A DNA stretch of 64,000 nt from Planctomycetota bacterium (lineage in GTDB: Bacteria > Pseudomonadota > Gammaproteobacteria > Eutrophobiales > Eutrophobiaceae). The stretch spans positions 1,360-65,359 of the forward strand of contig JBLIML010000004.1 in the NCBI GenBank assembly GCA_047638675.1, written 5' to 3'. Below, in pieces: positions 45,455 to 54,975 of this stretch. Made by a program: the position numbers and the translations under genes. Numbering within the stretch: position 1 is the stretch's first letter; each line of letters starts with the position of its first letter. The notes beneath the pieces are model-generated. The model did not search any database, was not told the origin of the DNA, and saw only the letters and a list, made by a program, of their open reading frames with translations.

Positions 45455-46807
45455 TTAATCTATTTTTTTAATAATTTTAGCGATCTTGGCGAAAGCCTCT
45501 TCATATAAGTCCTGAGTAAAATTGAGGAAGGGAGAAAAAACCAGTGTGTCCATCCCATTGCGCACCAGTAAGCCTTCAGCAAAACATTGTTTATGTATTT
45601 CAAAGCCGCGTGCGCCAGGCTCACCCTGCCGAGGGGCCAGTTCAATAGCGCCCATCAATCCAAAATTGCGTATATCGATGACATTTTCAGTCCCTTTAAA
45701 CGAATGCAGAACTTCCTCAAACATAAGCTCGTTTTCCCGTGCACGCTCAAACAAACCTTCTTCTTCATAGACATCGAGCGTAGCAAGTCCTGCTGCAGCT
45801 GCAACAGGATGTCCTGAGTAGGTGTAGCCGTGAAAAATCTCAGCAGCATTTTCAGGACCCTGCATAAAAGCATCATGTATTTCTTTACGCACCAGCACTC
45901 CGCCCATGGGAATGACACCATTGGTTATTCCTTTGGCCATAGTGATGATATCGGGAATGACATCAAAACGCTGACAGGCAAAGGCTGAACCCACGCGACC
46001 AAATGCGGTAATGACTTCATCAAATATTAGAAGAATTCCATGTCGATCGCAGATCTCGCGTAATCTTCTTAGGTAATCAACAGGCGGCACTAACACACCG
46101 GCAGACCCCGCAACCGGTTCAACAATCACAGCAGCAATATTTGAAGCATCCTCCAGCGTGATAATGCGTTCAAGGTCATCAGCCAGATGCGCACCCCAAT
46201 GTGGTTGCCCACGACTAAATGCATTTTTTTCCAAATTGTGTGTGTGGGAAATATGGTGGGTGTTTGGCAGTAATGATGCGCTAAACATTTTTCTGTTTGC
46301 GGGTAGTCCACCAACAGACATGCCACCAAAATTCACGCCGTGGTAACCCTTTTCTCTACCGATTAAGCGAGTACGTGAAGGATTGCCGGATAGATAATGA
46401 TAGCCGAGGGCAATCTTTAACGCGGTCTCAACCGCTTCCGATCCGGAATTTGTAAAGAAACAATGATCAAAACCATCGGGCGCCAATCGTGTAAGGCGAT
46501 CGGCCAATTCAAAGGCACCACGATGTCCCACCTGAAAGGTAACGGAGTAATCAAGTTTCGCGACTTGTTTTTGTACGGCTTCAACAATTTTAGGATGACA
46601 ATGCCCGGCGCCACTGGTCCAGAGTCCGGAGATCATATCGAGAATCTTCCGCCCATCGTTCGATGTGTAGTAAAAACCCTCTGCTGACTCAATCATGCGG
46701 GGACTTTCTTTAAATGCCCGATTGGCGGTATACGGCATCCAATATGCGTCCATATTCGGGGCGGATTCAACTTCCCTTAGATGCTTATTCTGGATTTGCG
46801 ATGACAT
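45455..46807 (-). CDS. bauA: Beta-alanine/omega-amino acid-pyruvate aminotransferase
   Basis: Long collinear blocks with P. aeruginosa PA0132: GLWTSGAGH, DASNIAAVIVEPVAGSAGVLVPPVDYLRRLREICDRHGILLIFDEVITAFGRVG, HGYTYSGHP. Confidence 0.85.
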   Translation of the reverse strand: MSSQIQNKHLREVESAPNMDAYWMPYTANRAFKESPRMIESAEGFYYTSNDGRKILDMISGLWTSGAGHCHPKIVEAVQKQVAKLDYSVTFQVGHRGAFELADRLTRLAPDGFDHCFFTNSGSEAVETALKIALGYHYLSGNPSRTRLIGREKGYHGVNFGGMSVGGLPANRKMFSASLLPNTHHISHTHNLEKNAFSRGQPHWGAHLADDLERIITLEDASNIAAVIVEPVAGSAGVLVPPVDYLRRLREICDRHGILLIFDEVITAFGRVGSAFACQRFDVIPDIITMAKGITNGVIPMGGVLVRKEIHDAFMQGPENAAEIFHGYTYSGHPVAAAAGLATLDVYEEEGLFERARENELMFEEVLHSFKGTENVIDIRNFGLMGAIELAPRQGEPGARGFEIHKQCFAEGLLVRNGMDTLVFSPFLNFTQDLYEEAFAKIAKIIKKID

Positions 46808-46995
46808 AACGGTTTTCTCTTTAATGTTAAAAATTAATTTGCAAGACGCAGCCTATGTTATTAAACTAAATTTAACAATATTTAAATAAGGATACTTAAC
46901 TACCTGTTTTTAAAAAATAATTTATATTTAAATTAAGTAATATTTAACAGTTTAATGAGTGCTTAAACATCAGACCCATAAAATAAGACATTGCT

Positions 46996-47544
46996 ATGGA
47001 AGACATTGGTATACGACTAAAAAAAGCGCGACTGGCAAAAGGTTTGTCACAGCGTCAGTTGGCACTTTCATCGGGAGTCAGTAATGCGATGATTTGCCTC
47101 ATCGAGAGAGGGAAAAGTAATCCTTCTCTGGGACTGTTGAAGAAAATTCTCGATAAATTACCAATTTCAATTTCAGAGTTCTTTAGCTTTGAACTGGAAG
47201 ATGAGCCTGCAAAAGTTTTTTATGAGAAAGATGATTTGACGGAAATAGGTAGCGGTCTGATTTCTTATCTCCAATTGGGCAGTAACCGGCAGAAAATAAA
47301 TTTGCAACTCATGTACGAGTGTTATCAACCAGGTGCCGATACGGGTCGTTCGATGTTGCATCATGAAGCGGAAGAAGGAGGTATCGTTATTAGTGGTCGC
47401 ATAGAATTAACTGTGGGTGACAGAACACGAATCCTTGGCCCTGGTGATGCCTACTTATTTAATAGCCGAACACCACATCGATTCAGGAATATCGACAAGG
47501 AAGCCTGTACGCTGGTAAGCGCCTGCACTCCGCCCAGTTTTTAA
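46996..47544 (+). CDS. XRE-HTH plus cupin regulator, PuuR-like
   Basis: 182 aa, collinear with E. coli PuuR: HTH GLSQRQLALSSGVSNAMICLIERGK, LSISEFF, cupin YECYQPGADTG...PHRFRN. Confidence 0.82.
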   Translation: MEDIGIRLKKARLAKGLSQRQLALSSGVSNAMICLIERGKSNPSLGLLKKILDKLPISISEFFSFELEDEPAKVFYEKDDLTEIGSGLISYLQLGSNRQKINLQLMYECYQPGADTGRSMLHHEAEEGGIVISGRIELTVGDRTRILGPGDAYLFNSRTPHRFRNIDKEACTLVSACTPPSF

Positions 47545-47593
47545 AAGACAAAAGAGATAAATCAATAATAGTAGAAGTACATAGCGAATTAAT

Positions 47594-48364
47594 ATGACGA
47601 AGATACGAAAACAAAATAAAACCAGATTGCCGGTGGTCGGCGTGCCAACTTGTCGTCACCAAATCGGCGAGCTGGATTACGATTGCACCCAACATAAATA
47701 TCTCAAAGCGCTCTATACCAGTGCAAAGGTATTGCCACTGCAAATCCCGTTATTTGCCGAACGTATAGAAGTAGATGCAATATTGGATAATATTGATGGC
47801 CTTATGCTGACGGGTAGTCATTCGAACGTTCACCCTCGTCATTATGAAGCGACGACTGAAAAACCAGACTTCATGCTCGATACAGAGCGTGATGCTACCG
47901 TACTGCGATTGATTAGACCGGCAGTTGAAAGAGGTATCCCACTTTTGGCGATTTGTAGAGGGTTTCAGGAATTGAATGTGGCTTATGGTGGCACATTACA
48001 TTCAAGATTGGATCTTGTCGGTTCTTTCAACGAACATCGAGAGGATAAAAGCCTGGCTCTAGAGCTGCGATATAATAACGCGCATAGTGTTAATCTCGTA
48101 TCCGGAGGACAACTGAATAAAATGTTAGATCTTGAGTTCATAGAAGTTAATTCGCTTCATGGGCAAGGTATAAACAAGCTGGGAGAGGATCTCTTTGTTG
48201 AAGGTCGCGCAGAAGATGGATTAGTAGAAGCCGTAAGTGTAAAAGGCAGCGATAGTTTCGCAATTGGGGTGCAATGGCACCCGGAGTGGAAATCAACAGA
48301 AAATGCCGTGTCTTCTGTACTATTTTCAGAATTTGGCAAAGCCTGTCTTAAGGCGACAAGCTAG
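47594..48364 (+). CDS. puuD: Gamma-glutamyl-gamma-aminobutyrate hydrolase family (peptidase C26, class I GATase)
   Basis: LAICRGFQELNV nucleophile and GVQWHPE His/Glu motif. 256 aa. Confidence 0.82.
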   Translation: MTKIRKQNKTRLPVVGVPTCRHQIGELDYDCTQHKYLKALYTSAKVLPLQIPLFAERIEVDAILDNIDGLMLTGSHSNVHPRHYEATTEKPDFMLDTERDATVLRLIRPAVERGIPLLAICRGFQELNVAYGGTLHSRLDLVGSFNEHREDKSLALELRYNNAHSVNLVSGGQLNKMLDLEFIEVNSLHGQGINKLGEDLFVEGRAEDGLVEAVSVKGSDSFAIGVQWHPEWKSTENAVSSVLFSEFGKACLKATS

Positions 48365-48598
48365 CGCTATTAATAATTTTGCTTAATTACTTCGTCAGCC
48401 CAATAGTGCTAATTTTTCATCTCGACAGAGTTGGTTTCAGTGACTTTACGACTCACAATGGCGCATCTTTTAATGTTGTGTTTGAAGGAATTACAACGAT
48501 GTTTCAAATTAACTCATCCAGAGAGAAAATATTCCCGGGTGTTAAAGTATATTGGTCAGCATTAAGCCTGAAAGACAGTGTCAGAAATGATTGAGTTC

Positions 48599-48708
48599 GA
48601 ATGTCCGCTTCCGTTGGTATAGCAGACCTTAATAACAAGCAAAATCACCTTGTGGGAATGACGGCTATGTGCCATAAGCGGACATTTTCGACATTTTCGA
48701 CATTCTGG
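48599..48708. repeat. Palindromic intergenic repeat element (REP/MITE-like) with an adjacent 9-nt tandem repeat
   Basis: 11-bp inverted repeat AATGTCCGCTT (48600-48610) / AAGCGGACATT (48676-48686) around a 65-nt spacer. It is followed by ACATTTTCG x2 and a degenerate third copy (48682-48708). Confidence 0.55.
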
Positions 48709-48907
48709 CGAATTCCAGAATCCAGTCTATTTTTAAAGTATCCTTCCCTTATCAATAACAAAATGGGGAGGAAGCATCATGAATTCACTGACACTGGAGC
48801 TGTCCAACTATAAGTCGCTCAACGACGACGCCAAAAAGCGGCGCGCGTTAGCGAGTCGTTAGCTTGTCAATACTTAACTTTCACCTTGGACTGAGGATTT
48901 TACTATA

Positions 48908-49552
48908 GTGATCAAACTACAAAAGCTTGGAGGCTCAGCAGCAATTGCAGAAGCCCTAATTTACATAGCCATGTTCATTTTTTACGGTGCTTTATGGGAC
49001 TTCCCACATGAAGCCAGCGTCGTTCAAAAGTTAGCTTTTTTATCAGAAAACCAGTTATCTTTATCTATAATGAATTTCATAGGCTACGTTTTATTCGGGG
49101 TGTTGTTAGCCATTCTTGTACAGTCCCTCTACTCTATGCTCGAAGGAAATCAAAGGCCTCTAATTCAAACCGCAACAATATTTGGTCTCATTTGGGTTTG
49201 CATTATTATCTCTGGAGGGATGATTGCCAACTTAGGATTACAATCTATTATAGATCTATCTATTTCTGAGACAGAACACGCTAGGGCTGTTTGGTTGGCT
49301 AACAATATTGTAGTAGAAGGTTTAGGTGGCGGCATTGAAATTGTCGGGGGGCTATGGATGTTTCTTTTATGCGTTGATACTGTAAAAAATGGTGGACTCC
49401 CAAAAGGTTTGAGTGTTCTGGGCTTACTAATTGGCGCTGCTGGAATACTAACAATTCACCCGGCAGATGTTCTAACTGAAATATTTGGTATAGGTCAGAT
49501 TGTTTGGTTTATATGGCTTGGAACCTTCATGTTACGTAACACTAAAAGCTAA
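48908..49552 (+). CDS. Small integral membrane protein (about 6 TM; possibly DUF4386-like)
   Basis: 214 aa, GTG start, six hydrophobic segments. The family name is a recollection only. Confidence 0.55.
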   Translation: MIKLQKLGGSAAIAEALIYIAMFIFYGALWDFPHEASVVQKLAFLSENQLSLSIMNFIGYVLFGVLLAILVQSLYSMLEGNQRPLIQTATIFGLIWVCIIISGGMIANLGLQSIIDLSISETEHARAVWLANNIVVEGLGGGIEIVGGLWMFLLCVDTVKNGGLPKGLSVLGLLIGAAGILTIHPADVLTEIFGIGQIVWFIWLGTFMLRNTKS

Positions 49553-49950
49553 CGACGCTTACGTATATTCGGTAATGGCTAATGTTTGCAGTGGGTCGAT
49601 TGCTGCCAGTCGTAGGCAAGAGGTGTGACCGTCTGCTATCAAGAGTAAAGCATCCTGTGGCAGAAGCAGACCTGTCTACCGAACTCACCCGCCGCTACTT
49701 TTTACGTTCGGGTGGGGTGCCTTATTATGCATTTATTCTTGTTCTTCTCAACGCAGATAGGTAGAAAAGCTGCCTGACTGAACATATAGCCTGATACATT
49801 TTCAGGTTTAGTACCTAATTCAAGCATATCCCAATTGCTCTCATAAGATGGTCTTGTGATTCTTTGTTCAAGGCAGAGTAATAACTTGTTTGTGCATTGG
49901 GGTTTGCAATTGAGCACTCTGAACTTTCGCTATTCACTAACTTACGACGC

Positions 49951-51930
49951 TTATAACAATACGGGTTTGAGACTTGTCTTCAACGAGTCCAACCAAGGTT
50001 CGAAGTTCTTCCATTCCTTCAGGCCATCGCGGTAGATGGGTTGCCTGACCTGTTCCGAACTGGGAGTCCGGACTGCCCGTTCTGTTTCATGATATTCCAG
50101 GCATTGCTTTTCAAAGGGCAACTTTAGGAACTCCAGTATCCTGCGAACTTGTGTTTCCAAATCACCAACCACTTCTTCGTACTGGACGCTTAAAACAAAA
50201 CCTGGCAACACTTCGCCCCAATGATTCATTAATGACACATAGTCGCTGTAATACCTGCCCACCTCATCCAGACCATAGGTAAATTCCTGGCCTTCCGCGA
50301 ACAGTTGTTTGAAGTTACTGAAGCAACAGGACATGGGATTGCGACGTGCGTCGATGATTTTTGCGTTGGGCAATATCAATTTTATCAGACCGATGTGTCG
50401 GAAGTTATTTGGCATCTTATCGATGAAAAAAGGCGCGCCTTGTCGGTGTATTTGGGTATCGTTAATGAATTGTTCACCGAATTGCCGCAGTTGTTCTGCA
50501 TCCAGTTCGCGTAAAATTGTGGGATAACGCTTATCACCATTTTGTCCTTCCCCCCTTCGTAGTCTGTGCGAGAGGGACAGGATGTTGGGCAGTTCCAGCG
50601 TGCCATCGACCTGGCTATGAGATGAGATGATCTGTTCCAGCAGAGTTGATCCCGCCCGCGGCATGCCAACGATAAAGATGGGATCCGGTGCAGGACATCC
50701 CAACCCTTGTTTTTCTTCGAAAAGCTCCGGCGTACAGACAATATGCTGAGCATTTAGATCCTCACTCATCTGCTCCGCCTTGTAACGGCATTGGACCTTC
50801 TTCAGTCGATTACCACTTTCGTAGCAGCTAAAGGACTTAGGATAATCGTCCCTGTCTTCGTAAGCTTTACCCAGTGCAAAGTACAAGTAGATCCTGTCCA
50901 GATGAGACAGGTTGGGATTGTCCTCCAGGCTGCGCATCTTTGAGATCTCATCGTCCGTAAACACATAGACTTTGAGATTGGCCAGGGCATACCAGGCCTC
51001 GCCATGTTGCAGGTTGCTTTCCAATGCGCTCTGAAATGAATTGACCGCATCCTGATAGCGACCCGATGTTTTCAGTGCGTAGCCTAAGGAGGTCAGGGTA
51101 ATGGGATCTCCGGGTAATTGTTCAAGTACCTTGTTAAACAGGTCAATTGCTTTATCAAATTCTCCGGTCTGCATGCACTCGACGGCATACAGGGAAAGAA
51201 ACTGGGGATTATCGGGTGCGCGATCCAGCAGGACTTTCGCTTGTTCCAGGGCCTGGTGAAATTTCTGTCGTTTTCGCAAGGTCTGCACGTAATCGATGCG
51301 CACCTGTACATTCTCGGGTTCGAACTCCACCGCACTTTCCAGAAGGAACTCGGCATCGTCCAGCACACCGAGGCGGACACCGATATCGGCGAGCAAACGC
51401 ATTGCTTCAACATGCTGTGGTACCTTTAGCAGGAATTGACGACAAATATCTTCCGCTTTTAATAATCTGCCCTGGGCAATTAAATCAGTGACGGCGAGGA
51501 TTGTTTTTGGCAGGTTCTCCAGGCGCTCAAGCTGAACACGGATCTGAGAGGCCTGTTGTTGTAAACCTTCCCTTGTCAGGATTTCAAGTTGTGCTCGCCA
51601 ACTTGACAACAGGGCTGGGTTCATACGGCAAGCCCGGTTATAGGCCTGTAAGGCCTGGTCGCTGCGCCCCATGTCTCTGTAGATGTGACCTTCTTCCTGA
51701 TGGGCGCGGCCATGTTCCGGTACCAGGTCCTTTAATTGATTCAGGTATTCAATTGCCTTGTTGAATTCGCCGCGGTAGCGATGACATACCGCTACCATAT
51801 ACAGTGCCTCGGTATTCTCGGGTTCCAATTGCCTGAGTTCGGACAGATCAACCAGAGCGTCGTCAAATTGTCTGGCAACAATTTTCTCCTGGATCGATTG
51901 CAGGATCGAATCGATTTCCGCAGCTTGCAC
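49951..51930 (-). CDS. TPR-repeat protein fused to a C-terminal sulfotransferase domain (copy 2)
   Basis: 659 aa paralogue of 36099-38114. MPRAGSTL, FIDKMPNNF, ILPNAKIIDARRNP, VRTPSSEQVRQPIY. GTG start with a GGGAG RBS. Confidence 0.85.
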   Translation of the reverse strand: MQAAEIDSILQSIQEKIVARQFDDALVDLSELRQLEPENTEALYMVAVCHRYRGEFNKAIEYLNQLKDLVPEHGRAHQEEGHIYRDMGRSDQALQAYNRACRMNPALLSSWRAQLEILTREGLQQQASQIRVQLERLENLPKTILAVTDLIAQGRLLKAEDICRQFLLKVPQHVEAMRLLADIGVRLGVLDDAEFLLESAVEFEPENVQVRIDYVQTLRKRQKFHQALEQAKVLLDRAPDNPQFLSLYAVECMQTGEFDKAIDLFNKVLEQLPGDPITLTSLGYALKTSGRYQDAVNSFQSALESNLQHGEAWYALANLKVYVFTDDEISKMRSLEDNPNLSHLDRIYLYFALGKAYEDRDDYPKSFSCYESGNRLKKVQCRYKAEQMSEDLNAQHIVCTPELFEEKQGLGCPAPDPIFIVGMPRAGSTLLEQIISSHSQVDGTLELPNILSLSHRLRRGEGQNGDKRYPTILRELDAEQLRQFGEQFINDTQIHRQGAPFFIDKMPNNFRHIGLIKLILPNAKIIDARRNPMSCCFSNFKQLFAEGQEFTYGLDEVGRYYSDYVSLMNHWGEVLPGFVLSVQYEEVVGDLETQVRRILEFLKLPFEKQCLEYHETERAVRTPSSEQVRQPIYRDGLKEWKNFEPWLDSLKTSLKPVLL

Positions 51931-51949
51931 GTATCACTCCCGGTTAAAT

Positions 51950-51976
51950 AAAAAACGCCCCTCAAGAGGGGCGTTT
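51950..51976 (-). terminator. Rho-independent terminator downstream of TonB-dependent receptor 2
   Basis: On the minus strand: AACGCCCCT-CTTG-AGGGGCGTT followed by TTTTTATTT. It ends about 20 nt before the TPR-sulfotransferase RBS. Confidence 0.8.
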
Positions 51977-52012
51977 GAAATTACATCACATTACGAAGTT
52001 TGACACTACACC

Positions 52013-54682
52013 TTAGAAATTATAATTCACCCTTACGCCAATAGTGCGTGGACGTACATAAGTGACTTGTTGTGTATCAAAAACAAAGTTACGGGCAATT
52101 TCCGCTCGCTTGTCGGTGATGTTGTTCACATAGAGCTCGGCCCCCCATTTATCACCAGTAACACCGGCGGTAAGGCCTCCCATCACCCAGCTATCAATTT
52201 CATCCCTGTTAATGGTGACAATATCGCTGAAAGACTTTGCGGAAAAGGAGATGTTGGGCATGAAATGCGCCGTTAAACCACTATCGCTGAGGTTCCATTC
52301 GTATCTCGCTCGAAGATTACCCTGGTAGTCTGGCGCAAAGGCGAGTTCATCACCTTTCCTGACATCATTCGTGGGTGTCAGCACTTCTGTAATTTTTGTA
52401 TCGAGAATCGAAAACGCACCGAATATAGTCAGTCCGTCGATAGACTCCGGTGTCCAGATGATGTCACCCTCAAGACCCAGAATCTCGGCATTAGCCGCAT
52501 TGTCTGAAAAGAAAAGATTGACGACGCTAGGATCAAAAATAGTCGTCTGCAGTTTATCTATCTCCACATAAAAGAGGCTGCCGTTAAAACGCAGGGTGTT
52601 ATTGAGGTAACTGGACTTCCAGCCAAACTCGTAATTAGTGATTTCGTCAGTATCGAGTACGAAGGGTACGGTGAAGGTCCCCGCAGGATTGGTAGCACCG
52701 CCAGGCCGGTTCAAAAGACCGGGACGAAAGCCCTCCGAATAGGTGGCGTAATAAAGCTGGTCGCCGGTGGGCGTCCAGGTAAAGGTCCCCTTGAAAATAA
52801 CGCCACTGGTTTTGGCTTTGTTCGGCGCGCGGGTGGCATTGAATATGGCCGTTGCCTGGGCCAGGCTGAGCGCAGGATCAACGCCCTGGATATCGGCGAT
52901 ACTTTGCGTGTCGTTGTAAACGGTATGTCGCGTTGTATCGCAGGTACCGATAAATTCAAACTCGCCATCACCGTTATAAAGATCGCTGATATCGGTGCCA
53001 AAGGCATTGGCATCGGCCTGGAAGCCGTTACAGAAGGAGGAGTTTGCGCTACCGTCGAAATCCACGCCGATATCGTAGTAGCGGGCACCAAAGGTGGCGG
53101 AGAACTGATCGTTAAAATCATAGCTCATTTCTCCAAAAATGCCGTACTGCTCGTCAGTGCGCTTGATATCGTTTCTGAATATCACGCCACTGGGAAATGG
53201 TCCAGGATCCGATATAAAACCCGTCGTTTGCGGAGAGTTAGATGAAAAGCCGGGGGAACCAAACACAACAGGATTGACCGAACCAGGATAAGTAAAGTCG
53301 TTACGTTCTTTCAATTCAAGGTCGCTGTAAAAACCACCGGCTGTTGCGCGCCATCGATTCGAGGCGTCAGTTGATACCCTGATTTCGTGGGTCATGACCT
53401 CCGTCCGTGTGCGACTTTTGACGAGCAGATTAGGTGCCTGGCAGGTACCGCCGGGAACGTCCTGGGTAAAGCCGGGATAAAAATTATTGTAGACCGGGTA
53501 GCTTACCGTTGAGTCGCAGATGTAGTAAGGCAGGTACTGGCCGACAAACAAGTAGTCCGTGTAATCCACATTCTGATCGGTTTCACGATCTGTGTAAGCA
53601 CCTGTATAGACGACTTCCAGTTCCCCCATGCGCCCGGCATCGAAGGCACCGGTCAGGGTCCAGTTTGTATTGTGATACTTGTCTTCAATGGAATCATCCT
53701 CAAAGCGTTCGATAGCAAGATCATCAGACAAGGTCGGGTCAGCAAAAAAAACACCGTCCGAATCGACATCCTGACGCGCGTGAGCGACGAGCAGGCTCAA
53801 GTTATCATTAATGTCCCAGAGTCCACTGATACGGCCCCCTGTATAGGTGGTCTCATTGAAGTTCTTTTCTGCCCTTGCGCTGTTGTCGGCAGCGATAAAG
53901 GTGACACCACTTAGATCCTGACCTGCCTGAAAACCCGCTCGTCCGGCACTTACTACCGAGCCGTTATCACGCACTGTACCGGCGGATCTAAAACGGGCGC
54001 TCCCTGAAAGATCCCGGGTCCCGGCAACATTATCGATATAGCCACCCTGGTTATCGACGTAGACCACGGCTCGCAGGGTAAAGTTATCAGCAACAGGGAT
54101 ATTGATCATGCCGGTGACGTTGGCGCTCATTTCCCCTCCTTCTGTGAACCCCGTGCCAAACTTCATGTTGCCATAGGTTTCAGAAGGATCGGGCTTGTTT
54201 GTGATCAGCCGTACCGTACCCGCCTGTGAACTTGCACCGAACAGGGTACCCTGCGGGCCGGAAAGGGTTTCGATTCGGGCAAGATCGGCCGCATACACGT
54301 CCAGGTTCCGCCCCGGCTGAGACAAGGGCTGTTCATCAAGATAGAGGGCTACGTTAGGTGCTAGACCCGCAACACCCGCCGTCGTCAGGTTGGGCGTTGT
54401 CGAGGCCACGCCACGGATGTAAATAGTATTCTGCCCGGGGCCGCTGCCGCCAGCCGTAATGCCCGGAAGTTGCATCATGTAATCAGTAAAGTTGGAAATG
54501 CCTAGCTGGTCCATGGATTCTTCAGTTAGCGCCGATATAGCAATGGGCACGTCCTGCATTGATTCTGCTCGTTTCGTTGCGGTCACGACCACTTCTTCAA
54601 TCTCACCACTGGCGGGGCCGGTAATTGATGCCATAGCCATGGCAGTAATGATCGCTTCACTGATTTTTTTGCGTTTAAACAT
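52013..54682 (-). CDS. TonB-dependent receptor (copy 2)
   Basis: 889 aa. Signal peptide, plug (IEEVVVTATKRAESMQDVPIAISAL), C-terminal ...GVRVNYNF barrel-closing Phe. Confidence 0.9.
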   Translation of the reverse strand: MFKRKKISEAIITAMAMASITGPASGEIEEVVVTATKRAESMQDVPIAISALTEESMDQLGISNFTDYMMQLPGITAGGSGPGQNTIYIRGVASTTPNLTTAGVAGLAPNVALYLDEQPLSQPGRNLDVYAADLARIETLSGPQGTLFGASSQAGTVRLITNKPDPSETYGNMKFGTGFTEGGEMSANVTGMINIPVADNFTLRAVVYVDNQGGYIDNVAGTRDLSGSARFRSAGTVRDNGSVVSAGRAGFQAGQDLSGVTFIAADNSARAEKNFNETTYTGGRISGLWDINDNLSLLVAHARQDVDSDGVFFADPTLSDDLAIERFEDDSIEDKYHNTNWTLTGAFDAGRMGELEVVYTGAYTDRETDQNVDYTDYLFVGQYLPYYICDSTVSYPVYNNFYPGFTQDVPGGTCQAPNLLVKSRTRTEVMTHEIRVSTDASNRWRATAGGFYSDLELKERNDFTYPGSVNPVVFGSPGFSSNSPQTTGFISDPGPFPSGVIFRNDIKRTDEQYGIFGEMSYDFNDQFSATFGARYYDIGVDFDGSANSSFCNGFQADANAFGTDISDLYNGDGEFEFIGTCDTTRHTVYNDTQSIADIQGVDPALSLAQATAIFNATRAPNKAKTSGVIFKGTFTWTPTGDQLYYATYSEGFRPGLLNRPGGATNPAGTFTVPFVLDTDEITNYEFGWKSSYLNNTLRFNGSLFYVEIDKLQTTIFDPSVVNLFFSDNAANAEILGLEGDIIWTPESIDGLTIFGAFSILDTKITEVLTPTNDVRKGDELAFAPDYQGNLRARYEWNLSDSGLTAHFMPNISFSAKSFSDIVTINRDEIDSWVMGGLTAGVTGDKWGAELYVNNITDKRAEIARNFVFDTQQVTYVRPRTIGVRVNYNF

Positions 54683-54819
54683 AATTTCTCTTTTTTAGGT
54701 GATGAAATTAATTACAACAAGAAAGTTATAACTGTAATCTTTTATTTTCAATAAAATAATATAAATCTATATATTTCAATGATATAGTTATTATAGATGA
54801 AATTATTTATCTTATTGCT

Positions 54820-54846
54820 GTAAGTATCTTATCAAATAATACTTAC
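54820..54846. promoter_or_regulatory. Inverted repeat GTAAGTAT-N11-ATACTTAC in the AT-rich region between the TBDR-2 and BCCT genes
   Basis: Perfect 8-bp arms read directly from the sequence. The binding protein is unknown; the MarR encoded downstream is a candidate. Confidence 0.3.
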
Positions 54847-54975
54847 ACATTGAATTAATTTAAATAGAAGCGTTGTAGAATCAGCGCAATAAAAAAATCA
54901 ACCACTGAATAATTGTTAAGGGGCGTTAATTATGTGGACACTCAAACCTGCCCTTGATCTTTCTGAGTCAATTAC

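Noticed and set aside
48815-48854. An integron attC site. The hairpin has extrahelical bases, GCTCAAC fits the RYYYAAC inverse core, and GTTAGCG is a near-core.
   Set aside because: - The structure is about 40 nt, shorter than known attC sites.
- The 3' core does not satisfy GTTRRRY.
- There is no intI, attI or array of similar sites in the window.
49552-49954. The 10-bp direct repeat ACGACGCTTA (49552-49561 and 49945-49954) as a target-site duplication of a roughly 390-bp insertion
   Set aside because: A back-of-envelope estimate gives roughly two dozen such 10-mer pairs within 400 nt by chance in 64 kb. No terminal inverted repeats lie inside the repeats.
54683-54975. A Fur box or cobalamin riboswitch upstream of TonB-dependent receptor 2
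   Set aside because: - Only a weak, length-shifted resemblance to the Fur consensus (AATGATATAGTTATTAT).
- No B12-box.
- The region is simply very AT-rich.
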